A stretch of 64,000 bases of DNA. Source: a virus (lineage: Duplodnaviria > Caudoviricetes). The stretch spans positions 39 to 64,038 of IMG/VR virus record IMGVR_UViG_3300035696_000044; one strand, given 5' to 3'. The notes under the pieces are model-generated. The model ran no database searches, was not told the origin of the DNA, and saw nothing but the letters and a program-made list of their open reading frames with translations. Positions 49,000 through 59,137 of the stretch are shown here, in pieces (within the stretch, counting starts at the first letter, position 1; each line of letters begins with the position of its first letter). The position numbers were made by a program, and so were the translations under genes.

Positions 49000-49980
49000 T
49001 CACGGCTTCACATACACTCCCTTGCCCCTCCTACACAAACATCCATCCTCCACCATCCTACCCACTAGCCTGCACAGCCCCGACTTCTTCCTCTCGGTAA
49101 GCTCGCACAGGTCCTTCAGCATGTACCCCTCCCCTGGCTCCATCACAGCCAACACCTGATTTCTGATTTCCATAACCCCTACTTCTTCCGAGGTCCCCAG
49201 GTATTCCCATGCCCCTGAATCATGTCGGCGCAGGGCTATATCCGATGCATCGGTGTCCCGGCCCCGTGTGTACATGCAGACCTTGTCCTTGGATGTCTGG
49301 CAGAGGACTATTACAGTATCGAACACCCCGGCAAGGCCAGTGGTGCCGCTGATGACATCGAAGGGGTCGTCCTCCGACGGGGACTTGCGGCTATGGTGGA
49401 TAACTATGACCGACACCCCCATCTGTTCCACCAGCATCTTGAACGGCTCCACGGATCGGTAGTCGATGTCGTAGGCGGATTCATTCTTCGCCACCTTTCT
49501 GCTCTTAACCTTAGCCAGGGTATCGAATATCACCAACCCTACCTTTGGATTATACTCCAACCATTCCACCAACTGCTCCACGCCCCCTCGGTCGAACGTA
49601 GGCCACTCCGTACGGTAGTATAGGTTGGTAGGCAGACAGTCGGAGCTGCGCAATACCGCCAAGCGTTGTTGTAGACGGCGTTCACCATCTTCCAGGCTGA
49701 GGTATAGTACATCCCTCCTGTTGGTAATTCTACCCAGCACCATGCCTCCAGAGGCCACGGCTAGGGCTATGTCCAGCGCCATGAAGCTCTTGCCCACCTT
49801 CGGCTTCGCCACCAGCAGGGTGGCTCCTTCCGGTATGATGCCAGGGATGATCCATTTCGGCTCCACAAACACCTCGGCCATCAGCTCCACGATGCTCCGT
49901 ATACCATAGCCGTCCACAGCGTTGGCCGGGTTCAATGAGATGACCGCGCACGGTGCTCCCCCATCGTTACTGGTACTCAT
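49000..49980 (-). CDS. RepA/DnaB-like (AAA_25) helicase with C-terminal winged helix
   Basis: WIIPGIIPEG, AKPKVGKS, VLYLSLED, LVIFDTL, VIHHSRK, ISGTTG. Confidence 0.85.
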   Translation of the reverse strand: MSTSNDGGAPCAVISLNPANAVDGYGIRSIVELMAEVFVEPKWIIPGIIPEGATLLVAKPKVGKSFMALDIALAVASGGMVLGRITNRRDVLYLSLEDGERRLQQRLAVLRSSDCLPTNLYYRTEWPTFDRGGVEQLVEWLEYNPKVGLVIFDTLAKVKSRKVAKNESAYDIDYRSVEPFKMLVEQMGVSVIVIHHSRKSPSEDDPFDVISGTTGLAGVFDTVIVLCQTSKDKVCMYTRGRDTDASDIALRRHDSGAWEYLGTSEEVGVMEIRNQVLAVMEPGEGYMLKDLCELTERKKSGLCRLVGRMVEDGCLCRRGKGVYVKP

Positions 49981-50008
49981 ACACTCCCCCTCCACCTTCG
50001 GTACGGTT

Positions 50009-51209
50009 TCACCCTAAACGTACGCTTGGTTTTTTTCCCAAATTCCGGGACTTCGCCGCCTGTCTGGACTTTTCCCTGGCCTCGTCGGAGATGTTGGGGT
50101 TGTGCCCCATACGGAAGGGCCACAGAGGACAGGGGGGTACACCTTGGTGGGAGACTCCGTCCGGGCATTCCCTGACGTACTCCATGTCCCCACAGCAGCA
50201 GACTCTGACGCAGAAGTCACGGATTGATTTGATCGCGGTACGGCGAGGCATAGTTCCCCTTTCTATTTGTGTGTGCGTTGCTAGTCCCATAGTGCTTGGT
50301 AATACTTGCCGAATAGCCGCAGCCCGTTGTTCACACGGTCGGCCACAGCTTGGTCATACTCTACGTCGTCCTTCACCACCTCCTCGAATGCGAACACCAT
50401 CTCCCCCATTATCCAGTCCCAACGCTTGTGGATGTTGCTATCGGTACCCCAGTCAGGCTCCCGTGGTGTGGTGCTGCGGAGGTGTTCGGGTGCATCCTCG
50501 TCGTCGGTGTAGGGAGCACCATTTTTGTTGTCCTTGAGCATACGGAGCATCGGGAGGATAATGAGGGCGAGGGTGGAGTCCATGCTATAGACATCATAAG
50601 GGTCGATCCTTACCCTGACCTTCCTCTTTCGGCGCTCCCAGATCCACTCGCACAGACCTCGCAGCCGGGTGGATGCCAACCTTTCCCCAATCACGTTGCA
50701 GCGTTCTTCCGAGACCCCGACGTAGCGCAGTAGGTCTGCAATCTGGTACGGCCCCCACCAGTCGAGGTAAGGGCCAATATACACCTTCATACTACCTCCT
50801 TAACGGTTCATCAGCATTGCCCACCCCAACCCTGCCACGACCAGCCCCACGACCACCATGCCGCCGAACGCAACATAGACGCCTAGGAGAAGGAGTAGTA
50901 CTCCAACGATTGTCATGGATGCTCACCCCCCTTCACCATCCTCTCCATCTCCCCTCTCAACCTCCCCACCGCCTCCACCTCGTCGGCCAGGGAGTTGGAC
51001 AGGGTTTCGATATCGGAGCGGGCTTGGGTCAGCTCCCCCACGGTCACCCCCAACCTCGTCTCCAAGGTGTCGATGTGGTCCAGTAGCGCCCTGACATGGT
51101 TGACATAGAGAGTGGCAACAACGTCGGGGTCGGTGGTGGGGGAGGAGGAGCATCGTTTTTCCATGAATGGCAACGTGCGTTCGATGATCTGTCGGCGCGC
51201 GGGGGTCAT
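50009..51209 (-). CDS. Hypothetical ORFs 50009-50290 (Cys-rich), 50281-50790 (conserved phage protein) and 50913-51209
   Basis: Coupled ORFs; 50281-50790 has the RIDPYD..SMDSTLA...RWDW...GLRLFGKY pattern. Confidence 0.55.
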
Positions 51210-52351
51210 CAGGAATCCTCCTCGATGCCAGCAAGGTCCAAGTGGTCGAGGATCTCACGCAGGGCGATCATGCGGGTGTACTTGGGAAACGCCGTACGCA
51301 GACCGTCGATGCGCGGGGCGAGGTAGGTGATGAGCCAGTCCTCGGTCGGGGACAGGGGGATGGTTTCGGAGTCGGGGGCGGGCTGGGTCGCCGCTGCCAC
51401 CGCTGCTGCTTCCTTGGCCTTGGTCAGCTGCCTTTCCAGCTCCCGGTTTTTGCTAATGAGAGCATTGAGCCGTGTAGTGATCTCCAAGAGATAGGATCTG
51501 TCACATAGTATTCTGCTCTGGTCAGCCGGGGCTGCTACCATTGGAGACGATGGGCGAGGAGGCGATACTGATGGTTCCTCCACCACTACCACCTCGGCAT
51601 CCTCCTCCACCACCACCCCACCTTGCCCGCTAAGCGGCATCGGGACGCCCTTGTCCACCGGGTAGGTAAATACATCGTCCTTACCCCCGTTCGTCGATCC
51701 TGGGCCTTCCTGGGGGGCCTTCCTCCTACCTACCACATTCTCCTCTCTGCTCTTTGTATCATTCAGGCGTTCGAGGTTGGTGACAAGGAGCCGGGCAAGG
51801 CTCTCATCGCCGTCGTCCAGCCGGGTGAACATTACCAACCGGCCATCGCGTTCCTTCCTCACCACCCCTCCGTTGCTCAACATGTTGGAAACGATACTGG
51901 CGAGGCCGGATTTGCTCTTACCGGGCAGCCCCTTGGCCATATCGGACAAGACGAAGCACCGGTCCAGCTTGCGAACGATGTTGAACATGCGAAGGAGCTT
52001 GCCCTTGGTCCTGGGCGGGAGGTAGGACCACTTGGACACCAGGTCCTCTCCCCCTTTGGACAAGAGGTATTCAAAGGTTTGGTCGTCGGTGTAGCGCATA
52101 ACGGGTCCTCCTTTCAGTTTGCACATAGGGTCGTACTTGCTACGTGCAGGTGGGTGGTAAAGGGTATGGTGGGAGGAGGAGGAGGCGAAGAAGTCGGCAG
52201 CGAGGGCGGAGAGGCCCGATAGCTCCTCCGGTGTGCCGACGATGTCTTCCAAGTCCTTTCCCCCCACGGTGATACCGCGAAGGTCGCGGTCATGGCGGTT
52301 GATGGGGTGGTCGAGGGGATTGTCGGTAGGTCGATTGATAGGGTGGTTCAT
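51209..52351 (-). CDS. Protein with winged-HTH and coiled coil
   Basis: FVLSDMAKGLPGKSKSGLASIVSNMLSNGGVVRK resembles a wHTH. Confidence 0.55.
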   Translation of the reverse strand: MNHPINRPTDNPLDHPINRHDRDLRGITVGGKDLEDIVGTPEELSGLSALAADFFASSSSHHTLYHPPARSKYDPMCKLKGGPVMRYTDDQTFEYLLSKGGEDLVSKWSYLPPRTKGKLLRMFNIVRKLDRCFVLSDMAKGLPGKSKSGLASIVSNMLSNGGVVRKERDGRLVMFTRLDDGDESLARLLVTNLERLNDTKSREENVVGRRKAPQEGPGSTNGGKDDVFTYPVDKGVPMPLSGQGGVVVEEDAEVVVVEEPSVSPPRPSSPMVAAPADQSRILCDRSYLLEITTRLNALISKNRELERQLTKAKEAAAVAAATQPAPDSETIPLSPTEDWLITYLAPRIDGLRTAFPKYTRMIALREILDHLDLAGIEEDS

Positions 52352-53154
52352 ACTTCTTCACCTCCTTCGTTGTCGGTGGGGGGCATGGCGGGGGCTGGGC
52401 CAGTACGCACCCACCCAACTTCTGTGCGATACTCCCATCCTGAGTCATTAGGTAATGCGCCCCCGGTGCTGGTGGAGGAACCGGTGTAGTTGAATACGTT
52501 AGGGGAAAGCCCGTCTTGTTGGGTTGGGTAGCGACGGACATTGATGAAACCCCCAGTAGTAGCCGGTTGTGGTGGCATTACCCATCGGGTGCCGTCCTCG
52601 ACAAATTGCACATCCCCAGCGCCTAGAATACATGGGGGATCTGGTGGGGAAGGGCGTGGTGGGGAAGGGCGTGGTGGGGAAGGGCGTGGTGGGGAAGGGC
52701 GTGGTGGTTCCACCTCCAACTCCTCCGGTGCCTCCTCCAACTCCTCCACACTGCCCACTCTGGCGTTGAGGATGCGCTCGAATACATCCCTACTAGCCCT
52801 CGGCGTACTCCCCCCACGCGGGCGTCGGGGCATCGGAGGTGTCAGCAGCTCCTCGTACCTCTCCTCCGTTACCTCCTCCACCTCAGCCAATGCTTTTTTT
52901 TCTCGCTCCTTAACGAGCCCTTCCGGCATCCCCTCGCCTTTTAGATATTCCATTGGTGTTGCCCGGAATGCCTTCCTCCATGCCTCTTCGGCAGCGGCGG
53001 GGGTGATGTGGCGCATGGGGTCGGGGCCGTTGGTAATCAGATCCGCCGCCAACCTCAATGCCCTCACCAGCTCCACCACGGCCCACTCGGTGCTACGCTT
53101 AACTTCCATCATTCTCTTTTTTTCTTTTCTCACGATACGTCCTCCCTCCAGCAC
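52348..53154 (-). CDS. Hypothetical protein with (PPRPS)n repeat
   Basis: Coupled ORF containing a tandem repeat. Confidence 0.55.
   Translation of the reverse strand: MLEGGRIVRKEKKRMMEVKRSTEWAVVELVRALRLAADLITNGPDPMRHITPAAAEEAWRKAFRATPMEYLKGEGMPEGLVKEREKKALAEVEEVTEERYEELLTPPMPRRPRGGSTPRASRDVFERILNARVGSVEELEEAPEELEVEPPRPSPPRPSPPRPSPPRPSPPDPPCILGAGDVQFVEDGTRWVMPPQPATTGGFINVRRYPTQQDGLSPNVFNYTGSSTSTGGALPNDSGWEYRTEVGWVRTGPAPAMPPTDNEGGEEV
52643..52702. repeat. 4 x 15-bp tandem repeat GGTGGGGAAGGGCGT
   Basis: Exact copies; encode PPRPS units on the minus strand. Confidence 0.9.
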
Positions 53155-53173
53155 TTAGTATGCGTGGTGGCCC

Positions 53174-53485
53174 TCAGTACATCGGCCCCCTCGACTCTCC
53201 TTTTTTTTTATCCCGGTCTAGTTCATTTTTCAGCACCCAGAGTATCCAGATCTTGATGCTAACCCCCTGGGCCGCAGCAGCGGTGCGGATGCGCTCCCAC
53301 AATGGCTTGGGTATTGCCTTGAGAGGGTAGGTCACGGTTGGCTTGACCAAGGCATGGAGACGTACCGGGTCTACGGTGGCGAGGTCCATCGGGTCTGGTA
53401 CATCCGGGATGTTACGTATGATGGTGCTCACCGGGGTGGGGCCGGGTTCGCCACACCTTGCTTTTTTTGTTTTTTGTTCCCTCAT
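53174..53485 (-). CDS. Ribbon-helix-helix transcription regulator
   Basis: TVTYPLKAIPKPLWERIRTAAAAQGVSIKIWILWVL (Arc/CopG-like). Confidence 0.65.
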   Translation of the reverse strand: MREQKTKKARCGEPGPTPVSTIIRNIPDVPDPMDLATVDPVRLHALVKPTVTYPLKAIPKPLWERIRTAAAAQGVSIKIWILWVLKNELDRDKKKGESRGPMY

Positions 53486-53577
53486 TCATGTTTCCTCCTT
53501 TCGTTCAAAGTGGTTAGTGAAATGGTAATAACATTGGTTACCAGCAAAGGGCAATACCACCCAAGGTTTTTTTTTTC

Positions 53578-53805
53578 TTACTGTGGGTCTAGTTGGTCCA
53601 GCTCCCTCTAACCTATGGGCTTGAACGACCAGGAGCCGAAGAAAGCGACATCGTGGTGGCTGGTGCCGAGGTAGCAGAGGTTGCGAACGTGGATATGGCG
53701 CAGGGCGTTGTGCACCCACGCCTCATGCCGATCCTTCGGGTCTCTCCTGAACGATCCAGTGACGAACTTTCTTTGTAGCTGTATGGGCTGGGGGGTGGTT
53801 GTCAC
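53578..53805 (-). pseudogene. RELD-family member with in-frame TAG in the motif
   Basis: VTTTPQPIQLQRK...SFKPIG*RELDQLDPQ*; TAG at 53608-53610. Confidence 0.75.
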
Positions 53806-54017
53806 TCTGCACCCCCCTCCAGCTCGTCCAACTCCCTCTCCCCCACCGGCTTGGACCAAGCGAAGGGGAGGTTGTGGGGGATGGAGTTCTCCCAGACCAT
53901 GTTGCGATACTTGCATCTCAGGCCGAAGTCGGAGCCATGGGGGGAGGAGTCCCAATGATTGGGGTATAGTGAATAGTTGCGGCTGATCAACCTTCGACGT
54001 ATCTGGACCACGCTCAT
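53802..54017 (-). CDS. RELD-family small protein
   Basis: VVQIRRRLI...KPVGERELDELE. Confidence 0.8.
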   Translation of the reverse strand: MSVVQIRRRLISRNYSLYPNHWDSSPHGSDFGLRCKYRNMVWENSIPHNLPFAWSKPVGERELDELEGGAE

Positions 54018-54232
54018 GATTGATCCCTCCCTTCCTCCAATGTGTCCAACTCCCTCTCCCCCACCGGTTTGGTGAAATAGTGGGAGGGGGCCTTTCCAGC
54101 ATTATCCCAAACCATATTCCGATACATGCACGTGTAGCCGTACTCTTCCCCGTAATATGGAGCCAGATCCCAGTCGGTGAGTCTACGTTTTTGCGGGGCG
54201 CTAATGGAGCTGCGCTTGACTTGGAGTATCAT
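54014..54232 (-). CDS. RELD-family small protein
   Basis: ILQVKRSSI...KPVGERELDTLE. Confidence 0.8.
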   Translation of the reverse strand: MILQVKRSSISAPQKRRLTDWDLAPYYGEEYGYTCMYRNMVWDNAGKAPSHYFTKPVGERELDTLEEGRDQS

Positions 54233-54480
54233 GGCCGGTCCCCCTCCAGCTCGTCCAACTCCCTCTCCCCTATCCTCTTTGCCCCGGAGCAGGTGCAGGA
54301 ATGGGGTGGGGCAGACGCCGGGTACAGGCTACGGGTTCTGTTAGACTTCCCCCCACCACTTATACATGAGACTCCCAAGGCGACGTGGACCAGGAACTTG
54401 CCTTCCGAACCCCACCGTGCTATCTTCCTCCTTGGGATTTGGAGCAGTGTCCCAGGGGGGAATTTAAGACTTGTTGCCAT
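54229..54480 (-). CDS. RELD-family small protein
   Basis: FPPGTLLQIPRRKI...KRIGERELDELE. Confidence 0.8.
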   Translation of the reverse strand: MATSLKFPPGTLLQIPRRKIARWGSEGKFLVHVALGVSCISGGGKSNRTRSLYPASAPPHSCTCSGAKRIGERELDELEGDRP

Positions 54481-54697
54481 AGGCCGTCTCCTTCCTGCAT
54501 GAGAGTAAGTGGGTGTCGAGTTCACGCTCGCCTACCAGCTTATGCCCGGAGTAGAGGTCGGCATCAACGCCCCTGAATACCTCCATGGCGTAGAGGACGG
54601 GAGTGGTGTCACCACCCAAATAGGTTCTACCCATGGTCATGCACTGCGACCCGAAGTTATCAACCAAACAGGTTCTACTGTATTGGGTCAGATTCAT
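54464..54697 (-). CDS. RELD-family small protein
   Basis: LTQYSRTCL...KLVGERELDTH. Confidence 0.8.
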   Translation of the reverse strand: MNLTQYSRTCLVDNFGSQCMTMGRTYLGGDTTPVLYAMEVFRGVDADLYSGHKLVGERELDTHLLSCRKETAYGNKS

Positions 54698-54894
54698 GAC
54701 TGCTCACTCCTCTCCTCCAGTTTATCCAACTCCCTCTCCCCCACCAGCTTGCCGGTGAAGCGAGAGGGGGAGTACCACACCACCATAGCGACAACAACAG
54801 CCCTACCGTCTACATCATGCCCTATGGCGGTCATCGACTCCCCCTTGAAGTACTCTACCAACACCTTTAGGCTGTATTGAGCTACCCATGCCAT
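54694..54894 (-). CDS. RELD-family small protein
   Basis: VAQYSLKVL...KLVGERELDKLE. Confidence 0.8.
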   Translation of the reverse strand: MAWVAQYSLKVLVEYFKGESMTAIGHDVDGRAVVVAMVVWYSPSRFTGKLVGERELDKLEERSEQS

Positions 54895-54915
54895 CCTAGC
54901 ACCCAACCTCGGACG

Positions 54916-56331
54916 TTACCGCATCCGCCGCCGCGCGTCCTCTTCCTTTGCCTTCCTCTCCAACTCCTCCACCTCCACCTCCGCCGTCAAGCACACCTCC
55001 ATGGCGTTGGATATAACATCCTTGTCGTAGGTGGAACCCCATCCATACTCCCACGTCTTCTCTTTTCGGTCAAACCGCACGGGAAGACCGAACTGGTCGA
55101 ACACCTGACCGCTGGTCTTGCCGTACGCCACCGGCACGATATCCGCATCCTGGTAGTACCAGAATGCCCCGTTCTTGCACCACTCAAGTAGGCGATTGGT
55201 TTCTTTGCAGAAATGCTGCTTGGTTTCGTGGTCGTATGTTTGCTGGATGCCCCGGCCTATGCCGTGGTACTTGAATGTAGGTGGGAGCTTTTGGGAATAG
55301 GTAAGGGGTACCAGCACCCCCCTCTGGCCGTAGACGACAAGGGATTTGTTGCCACCGCCATTGCCGCCAACAGCGTTGGACTCCCCTCCGGTTGCATCGG
55401 CATTCGACTTACCGTTCTCCTTATCCTTGTCCTTATACTTATCCCCCGTGTACACCCACCCCCTGGTATCGTAGTACATCCACCCCTCCAGGCTTCCGTC
55501 TCCGCCTTGGAGTCCGTATCCGTAGTCGTCCAATTCGTCGTGGCCCCTGCCCCTACTACATCCCCCAGAAGGCCCTAAGGAGGCAGACGAAGGGTTTGCC
55601 TCGCCATTGTCACCTCCATTGGCCCTTGTCCAGTTGGCTGGAAAGTGGGTAGCGACGGTTCTGGTGACGGGAAGGGTGTAGCTCTTGTTGCTCCACCACA
55701 CGTCCATGTCCTTGTAGTATTCACCGAAGGTATATACGTTCTCCTCGGCATCGAGTATGGCGAACTTGCTGGTGCCTACAAGGTGTTGGATCAGCCTCGT
55801 CGCCGACTTGCCGCCTATGTTCTTGGACACTATCGGCTCAGCCAGCACCTTCAGTATAAACTCCTGGGTGTCGGACAGCGGTGGTTCCTTGTCCTTGGGG
55901 TCGTCGTCTATCCACTTTAGCAGCTTCCGGTCGTAGTGGCCGCTGGAGTAGCCGGAGCTATACCGGGTTGACCGTCCATAGCCAACGAGAACTCCGTTAT
56001 GCACCACCCCCATCCGGTGCTCCCATTCCGCCGCACGCAGTTGGTTGACATCGCGTGTGACAGGGAACGGATGCGCTGCGGTATAGTCTTTGGCTCCATG
56101 GGTGGCGTAGCGGAAGTGGGTGATGATCGCCTTCGCTATCGGTATCGCCGACACGTACTCCCAGAACTCATCGAAGTTGGCAAAGAGCTTCCGTCCATGG
56201 ACCACTGGACCTTCCTTCCCCTCTCCTACCGCCATCACGCCCATGGCATCTTTGTTGATGCGGTAGCCTTCCTCAAGGTACTTCCTCTCTGGTAGCGCCA
56301 CCCCCTTGGGCTTAATCATTATCAGACACAT
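54916..56331 (-). CDS. Class II (Ntn) glutamine amidotransferase with long C-terminal extension
   Basis: Met-Cys start, HFRYATHG, AHPF, VHNG, SDT. Confidence 0.9.
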   Translation of the reverse strand: MCLIMIKPKGVALPERKYLEEGYRINKDAMGVMAVGEGKEGPVVHGRKLFANFDEFWEYVSAIPIAKAIITHFRYATHGAKDYTAAHPFPVTRDVNQLRAAEWEHRMGVVHNGVLVGYGRSTRYSSGYSSGHYDRKLLKWIDDDPKDKEPPLSDTQEFILKVLAEPIVSKNIGGKSATRLIQHLVGTSKFAILDAEENVYTFGEYYKDMDVWWSNKSYTLPVTRTVATHFPANWTRANGGDNGEANPSSASLGPSGGCSRGRGHDELDDYGYGLQGGDGSLEGWMYYDTRGWVYTGDKYKDKDKENGKSNADATGGESNAVGGNGGGNKSLVVYGQRGVLVPLTYSQKLPPTFKYHGIGRGIQQTYDHETKQHFCKETNRLLEWCKNGAFWYYQDADIVPVAYGKTSGQVFDQFGLPVRFDRKEKTWEYGWGSTYDKDVISNAMEVCLTAEVEVEELERKAKEEDARRRMR

Positions 56332-56393
56332 ATGTGGTACCCCCTTTCTTTGTCAGTAGTCACCACCACTGCCACCATCACCCCCACCCCTGC

Positions 56394-57992
56394 CTACTCC
56401 TCCTCCATATCCTCACCCTTCTTCTTGCTGATCTTCGGGTGGGGCAGGTACTCCATGCAGTTAGTCGCCGTGAGGTAGCTGGTCAGCATCTTGTCACCGG
56501 TGGACTTGGCGTACGTTGCAAACTCCCCCCACAACGCCTCCGGCTTACCCGTCACCAACCTGCTAATCGACACTGCATTCAGTGTCCAGTTGCAAAGGTG
56601 GTGTACGACGGCAAGGTAGCCGTAGATACTCGCCACCTTCAATGTCCCCTTGAACACGCGGAACTCTATGGTGCTGGTGTGGGCAAGGTTAAGCGCACAA
56701 TACTTCTCCTTCACTCCTCCTTGCTCTATCGCCTTGTAGAACAGCTTCTCCTGGTTCTGCGATATCGTGTCCAGCCGCTTCTTCATCACTGCCTTGTCCT
56801 CGTGGTTGGCATACCTTATCGCCTCTTCCAGGTTCATCCTCTCCGTCTCCCCAACCCGCCCCAAGTAGTTCTTGAAGTCGAAGTTGGCGTAGTGGCTGAT
56901 GCGTCTGGCCAAGGTCAGCACCACCGGCTCGAACTTCACCATCGCCACCAGCAGCTTGGACCGCGCCAGTTGGCTAAGGTCGTCGTTGCTACGGTGGATG
57001 TGGATGCCGCAGCTGCCCTTGGGCTGGGATTGGGTAGGGGTATCCCAGCTCCTCCCCCCTTCCGTCCTGACCGCCTTGGTCATCGCCTTCAACGCTTCCG
57101 CCGACTCCTGCCAGCTTTTGTACGTGCGGGGATGGAAGCAGAACTCTATCCCATTCTCCAGGCTCCCGTCACGCTTGGCGTAGAAGAACTTGCCCCCCTC
57201 GCTGAGGGGCCAGATTTTGCCCACGTGGAGGTTGCGGTCGCCTGGGTACTTATCCGTTTCAAGCTCCATGCCGTACATCGGCGTAGAGCATAGATCCAAC
57301 ACCTCACCCTTGCCGATATGGAACACAGGCCGTGGACGATAGTTGTACTCCCTCACCTCTGCTATATTCGACCGGTAACAATCCGGGCAGACCAACCCAC
57401 CGTTGCCGTTGTTCCTCATCTGCTCCCGGTGGAAATAAGCACTGCACAGGCTGCATTGCCTCATGTGCTGCGTACACCACACACACACCGTCTGATGCCC
57501 CATTGCCACCAACGTCGAAGTCTGGTGGTAGACCCTGCACACCGGACAGCGCGAGTACAGCGCCTTGCATGTTCTGCACACCCTCCCCCCATTCGCTATC
57601 TGCAAGCTGTTGGGGTCGTAGTGGCGTTTATGGCACTCCGCGCACTCGAACACTCTGCTACGGTTGCAATCGTTGCAGACGCTTACCTCTACCCCGTTCA
57701 TCCACACCCTGTGCTTCACCGTGGACGACATGTTCCCACACGCTGCGCACCGCTTGCGATTCTTGCAGTCGGGGCACTTGTGGAAGCCGTCTTTGGTCTT
57801 GGTGAACCCTACCTCCAACGGTAGCACCTTGTGGCAGCAAGAGCAGATGTAGATGTCGGGGAGGCAATCCGGGCACAGGTGGTACGGTGTGCCTGGGAAT
57901 ATCTCCCAATCCTCGCTGTAGTTGCCACAACAGAAGCAGCGCTTGGTTCTGGGTGTGATGGTTGGCATTTCGGTTGTTATACGTTCCGGCAT
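56394..57992 (-). CDS. Amidoligase (COOH-NH2 ligase, glutamine synthetase-like) with N-terminal zinc ribbons
   Basis: 12 CxxC pairs, then YGMELE, KRDGSL..GIEF..HP, CGIHIH, KYCALN..TIEFRVFKGTL. Confidence 0.85.
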   Translation of the reverse strand: MPERITTEMPTITPRTKRCFCCGNYSEDWEIFPGTPYHLCPDCLPDIYICSCCHKVLPLEVGFTKTKDGFHKCPDCKNRKRCAACGNMSSTVKHRVWMNGVEVSVCNDCNRSRVFECAECHKRHYDPNSLQIANGGRVCRTCKALYSRCPVCRVYHQTSTLVAMGHQTVCVWCTQHMRQCSLCSAYFHREQMRNNGNGGLVCPDCYRSNIAEVREYNYRPRPVFHIGKGEVLDLCSTPMYGMELETDKYPGDRNLHVGKIWPLSEGGKFFYAKRDGSLENGIEFCFHPRTYKSWQESAEALKAMTKAVRTEGGRSWDTPTQSQPKGSCGIHIHRSNDDLSQLARSKLLVAMVKFEPVVLTLARRISHYANFDFKNYLGRVGETERMNLEEAIRYANHEDKAVMKKRLDTISQNQEKLFYKAIEQGGVKEKYCALNLAHTSTIEFRVFKGTLKVASIYGYLAVVHHLCNWTLNAVSISRLVTGKPEALWGEFATYAKSTGDKMLTSYLTATNCMEYLPHPKISKKKGEDMEEE

Positions 57993-58010
57993 GACTCGTC
58001 CTCCTTCCCT

Positions 58011-58346
58011 CTAAACATCGTCGTAGTAGTATCGGTTGAAGGTTATGGATTCAATATCTACAAGGGTTCCTTCCAGCTTAAGGTACTCGTCATCTCCAGT
58101 CAGATGGACTGTGTCATCATCCTCTGCCATGATGCCGGAAACTTGGAAGGTTAGCCCCATACCACCATCGTGTTTCCTGGCATCGGCTATAAGGTCGCTC
58201 AACCGTACTGCCGCTTGGGCTATGCGTGCAGCCCGAACTCTGTTCCATTCCTTGCCGTCTTTTTCAAACGTGTCCAAGTCGGAAAGAGCCTGCTCAAGGG
58301 ACCGTATCTTCACCATAGCTATTTCTAGTTTCTCCCTTGCTCTCAT
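58011..58346 (-). CDS. Hypothetical protein (lacks the RELD motif)
   Basis: RBS and operon packing. Confidence 0.55.
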   Translation of the reverse strand: MRAREKLEIAMVKIRSLEQALSDLDTFEKDGKEWNRVRAARIAQAAVRLSDLIADARKHDGGMGLTFQVSGIMAEDDDTVHLTGDDEYLKLEGTLVDIESITFNRYYYDDV

Positions 58347-58375
58347 CGTTGTGTCCTCCTTCCTGTTAGTGTTGG

Positions 58376-58636
58376 TTATATGTTAGACCTTTTCCTGGTT
58401 AGTTTCGTCCTCGGTGTATCCAGCTCCCTCTGACCTACCGGCTTCACCGTCTCCATCGTCTCCGCATCGCACCCCCAGCTTTCCCAGTTATCGTCCCCAT
58501 TCCTCATCACATGCAGGTAGGCAGGGTAGTGCTCGTTCACCTCACCATCGTGGGAGTAGTCCGCGCAGAAGGCTTGCCAAGGGTCGGGTCGGCACATGGA
58601 TACGAGTTGCTGTCTGGACAGTTGGTATACGGTCAT
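58376..58636 (-). CDS. RELD-family small protein
   Basis: VYQLSRQQL...KPVGQRELDT. Confidence 0.8.
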   Translation of the reverse strand: MTVYQLSRQQLVSMCRPDPWQAFCADYSHDGEVNEHYPAYLHVMRNGDDNWESWGCDAETMETVKPVGQRELDTPRTKLTRKRSNI

Positions 58637-58887
58637 TCCTCCACCTCCACCCCCTCTAGTGTATCCAACTCCCTGGCACCGATGGGTTTTGCCCTACGGG
58701 GTGGAACAGCACCATTGACACTATCATAATTATCCATGATTACTATATTCACCCTCATCCTATGGTATTTCCTATCCCGTTGGTCAACGGCCTCTCTACT
58801 CATCTGACCCCTGTCTTTCAGCTGCCATAACCAGTTGTTTCGGGCCAAGAAGTCTCTTGTGTATTGTGTAATCTCAGCCATCGTCAT
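58633..58887 (-). CDS. RELD-family small protein
   Basis: ITQYTRDFL...KPIGARELDTLE. Confidence 0.8.
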   Translation of the reverse strand: MTMAEITQYTRDFLARNNWLWQLKDRGQMSREAVDQRDRKYHRMRVNIVIMDNYDSVNGAVPPRRAKPIGARELDTLEGVEVEE

Positions 58888-59137
58888 CCTCCCCTATCAG
58901 CCTGTCCACCTCTCGTTGCCCGATCTGCTTGAAGTCGAATAATGTGCCACCGGATATCTGGATAGGGGAAGTAGGAGGGTCGGCGGACTGGTCCACCCAC
59001 ACCCCTCGGTACTGCTCCCACCCCTCTCCCGGCTCGGTAGTCACCTTGGCAACCCAGAACTGGGCTTCTGTCTCGGAGATCCTTCTCCTGCTTACCTTAA
59101 CCAGCTCTCCTATGTAAAACCCGCTAGTGTTAGCCAT
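58874..59137 (-). CDS. RELD-family small protein
   Basis: FYIGELVKVSRRRI...KQIGQREVDRL. Confidence 0.8.
   Translation of the reverse strand: MANTSGFYIGELVKVSRRRISETEAQFWVAKVTTEPGEGWEQYRGVWVDQSADPPTSPIQISGGTLFDFKQIGQREVDRLIGEDDDG

Noticed and set aside
53608-53610. Genome-wide TAG reassignment (code 15/16)
   Set aside because: The recombinase, lysozyme, TerS candidate and others end at TAG at their expected lengths.
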